Shown here: one piece after another, positions 36,276-38,107 of the stretch
Layout of the letters: the number at the start of each line of letters is the position of its first letter
How positions within the stretch are numbered: the first letter of the stretch is position 1
DNA from: a virus
Lineage: Duplodnaviria; Caudoviricetes
IMG/VR virus record: IMGVR_UViG_3300021560_000035
Coordinates: 1-38,107 of that record
Reading direction: 5' to 3' (one strand)
DNA: 38,107 nt
Position numbers and translations under genes: made by a program
Notes under the pieces: generated by a model
Databases searched by the model: none
Told to the model about the DNA's origin: nothing
The model's input: the letters and a program-made list of their open reading frames with translations, nothing else

Positions 36276-36830
36276 TTGCGGATTCTGGCCTACGTGATGC
36301 GGCACGGCTCAACCGATATTTCTCCGGCACCGGAGGGATGGAAGCCCATCGGCTTGAGCCGTGAAGGCTGGGGCGAAGCCCAGGCGGGGGCGGATTTCCT
36401 CTCGCAGTTTGTCCGCGAGGGAGCTCCAAAACCCTCCTGGGGGATTTCGAGCGATTTGCCGCGGGCCGAGCAAACCTTGGCGATCGCGGCGGATGCGCTT
36501 CAAATTCCCGTACTCCGTCCCCTATTTGATCTGCGCGCCTTCGAAGAAAAATCGGAGACGCCCGCCCGCTACGAAGAGCGCAACGCGGAAGCCTTCGCTT
36601 CCATCCTCACTACCGCCGCCAAGTCCAATAGCGTGCCCTTGATTGTCGGCCATCGCTCCTCGACGGGCTTTCTGGGCAAACAGCACAAGGTCCTGGGCCG
36701 CGATCCCGACTACCGCTATGACGCATTACTGCTGGAAGGCGGGATTCTGGCGGTGACCGATTGCGGCATCACACCGCTGTTTCGCGCGATTGAATCGAAC
36801 TGGCCGGAGCACTCGAAATGCCTGTCCTAA
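36276..36830 (+). CDS. Histidine phosphatase (phosphoglycerate mutase-like) family protein
   Basis: YVMRHGST, LSREG, SSDLPRAEQT and LIVGH. Confidence 0.85.
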   Translation: MRILAYVMRHGSTDISPAPEGWKPIGLSREGWGEAQAGADFLSQFVREGAPKPSWGISSDLPRAEQTLAIAADALQIPVLRPLFDLRAFEEKSETPARYEERNAEAFASILTTAAKSNSVPLIVGHRSSTGFLGKQHKVLGRDPDYRYDALLLEGGILAVTDCGITPLFRAIESNWPEHSKCLS

Positions 36831-37621
36831 TTCCTGCCAATGTTTTGCAGCGGTCGGCGTCGGACTTCATCAAGTCGGCCTTGCGGCTTACCGGGTCTCT
36901 CCGTTCCGGGCAAAACCTGTCCGGAGACGAACTCAAAGACTCACAGATGGTGCTTAATGATCTGCTCGACGCCTGGAGCGCGCAGCGGATCATGGTGTTT
37001 GTGGTGCAGCGGGTCACGCTCGATCAGAATCAGGCCACGCTCATGCTCAAGGCAAGCCAGCAGACCTACAGCCTGGGCAACCAGGGCAATAACGAAGATT
37101 TTCTGCTCTCGCGTCCGGCGCGGCTTGAGCGAGTTTCCATCATGTACTCGGCTTCGCAGCAGACTCCGGTCGAGCTGCCCATGGACATGTACGATGATGT
37201 GCAATGGCAGGGCATCGCCAATAAATCCACGCCGTCTTTGCTCCCCCAGGTCTGCTACGTCGAGGAAAATTTCCCCGACATGAATCTCTCGTTCTGGCCG
37301 GTCCCGACACAGGCCAATCCCGTGGTGCTCTATCCCTGGGCGCTGCTGAATCTGTTTCCCGATCTGACTTCGCAGTTCAGCTTCCCGCCCGGATATGCGC
37401 GCGCAATCCGCTACAACCTGGCGGTCGATCTGGCGGCGGAATTCCCCTGCGACATGACCAAGCTCCAACTGGTCCTGAAACAGGCCGCCATCTATAAAGC
37501 CGACATTGCCTCGTTCAACGTGAAGGCGAAAGAGGCGTTCTGCGACGAGGCCATCGTGGGCAGCTACGGAAAGATGGGGAACATCTTCACCAGCACGGCC
37601 AACCGTTCGAACCGCTACTAG
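36818..37621 (+). CDS. Head-to-tail adaptor, P22 gp4-like position
   Basis: DFIKSALR..LNDLLDAWS..PPGYARAIRYNLAVDLAAEF; precedes the gp10-like gene. Confidence 0.78.
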   Translation: MPVLIPANVLQRSASDFIKSALRLTGSLRSGQNLSGDELKDSQMVLNDLLDAWSAQRIMVFVVQRVTLDQNQATLMLKASQQTYSLGNQGNNEDFLLSRPARLERVSIMYSASQQTPVELPMDMYDDVQWQGIANKSTPSLLPQVCYVEENFPDMNLSFWPVPTQANPVVLYPWALLNLFPDLTSQFSFPPGYARAIRYNLAVDLAAEFPCDMTKLQLVLKQAAIYKADIASFNVKAKEAFCDEAIVGSYGKMGNIFTSTANRSNRY

Positions 37622-37630
37622 ACCTCTCTC

Positions 37631-38107
37631 ATGAGATTCGGCTTCGTAGGACCAAGCTACGCATCCCCTTCTCCGCTTGCCGACGCGGAAGCCCTGATCA
37701 ATTGGCGTCCGCAGAAAGTCGAGTCACCGAATTCGCGGACGCCCTACCTTTTGCTGCCCACTTCCGGGCTCTTGCTATTCGCCAATCTGGGAAATTTCCC
37801 GACCGGCGTGCGGGGCGCTTACACGACCTCGGGGCGCACGTTTTTCGTGGCAGGCACGCACCTGTTCGAAGTGGGCGCGGGCGGAGTGGTGATCGACTAC
37901 GGTGGGGCGGGCGGAAATAACAACATCTTTGACGATGGATTACCGGCAACCATGGTTGCCGGCGGAACCGTCGGGGGAACGTATCCGTCTCAGCTTTTGA
38001 TTGCGAGCGGCGGAAATCTGACGGTCTTTTCGCTGCTGACGAATACCTTTCAGGCACTCACCACTCCGCCGACGCAAGTCTTGATGGTCGATTTTCTGGA
38101 CGGCTTC
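37631..38107 (+). CDS. P22 gp10-like protein, 5' part (continues at the window start)
   Basis: MRFGFVGPSYASPSPLADAEALINW..LLPTSGL; open to the window end and in frame with 1-1173. Confidence 0.85.
   Translation, partial: MRFGFVGPSYASPSPLADAEALINWRPQKVESPNSRTPYLLLPTSGLLLFANLGNFPTGVRGAYTTSGRTFFVAGTHLFEVGAGGVVIDYGGAGGNNNIFDDGLPATMVAGGTVGGTYPSQLLIASGGNLTVFSLLTNTFQALTTPPTQVLMVDFLDGF
37985..38107. repeat. Terminal direct repeat, copy 2
   Basis: Identical to 1-123. Confidence 0.97.

Overview
Apparently complete, circular ~37,984-bp temperate phage genome (nt 1-123 are repeated at 37985-38107). It has P22-like podovirus morphogenesis genes: TerS, TerL, portal, scaffold, gp5-type coat, gp4/gp10-like stabilisation proteins, three ejection-type proteins, tail appendages and a GH24 lysis cassette. 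Host is tentatively Acidobacteriota-like (inference only). Top hit: a stand-alone RAMP/Cas7-like gene (19444-20013, -) preceded by a non-coding tract of 14 perfectly phased 5-nt GGY-NN units plus a structured leader. This is a candidate minimal phage RNA-guided system with no CRISPR array or other cas genes. Other notable items: an attP holding the 5' half of tRNA-Ile2(CAT) behind a consensus-like phage promoter; four putative virion proteins with Sec-type signal peptides; two tyrosine recombinases, each with an altered catalytic Arg; a repeat-bounded cassette of paralogous zinc-ribbon genes; GroES, a HiPIP-like protein and a histidine phosphatase inside the head module; and no recognisable replication gene. 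All calls come from reading motifs by eye; no searches were run.
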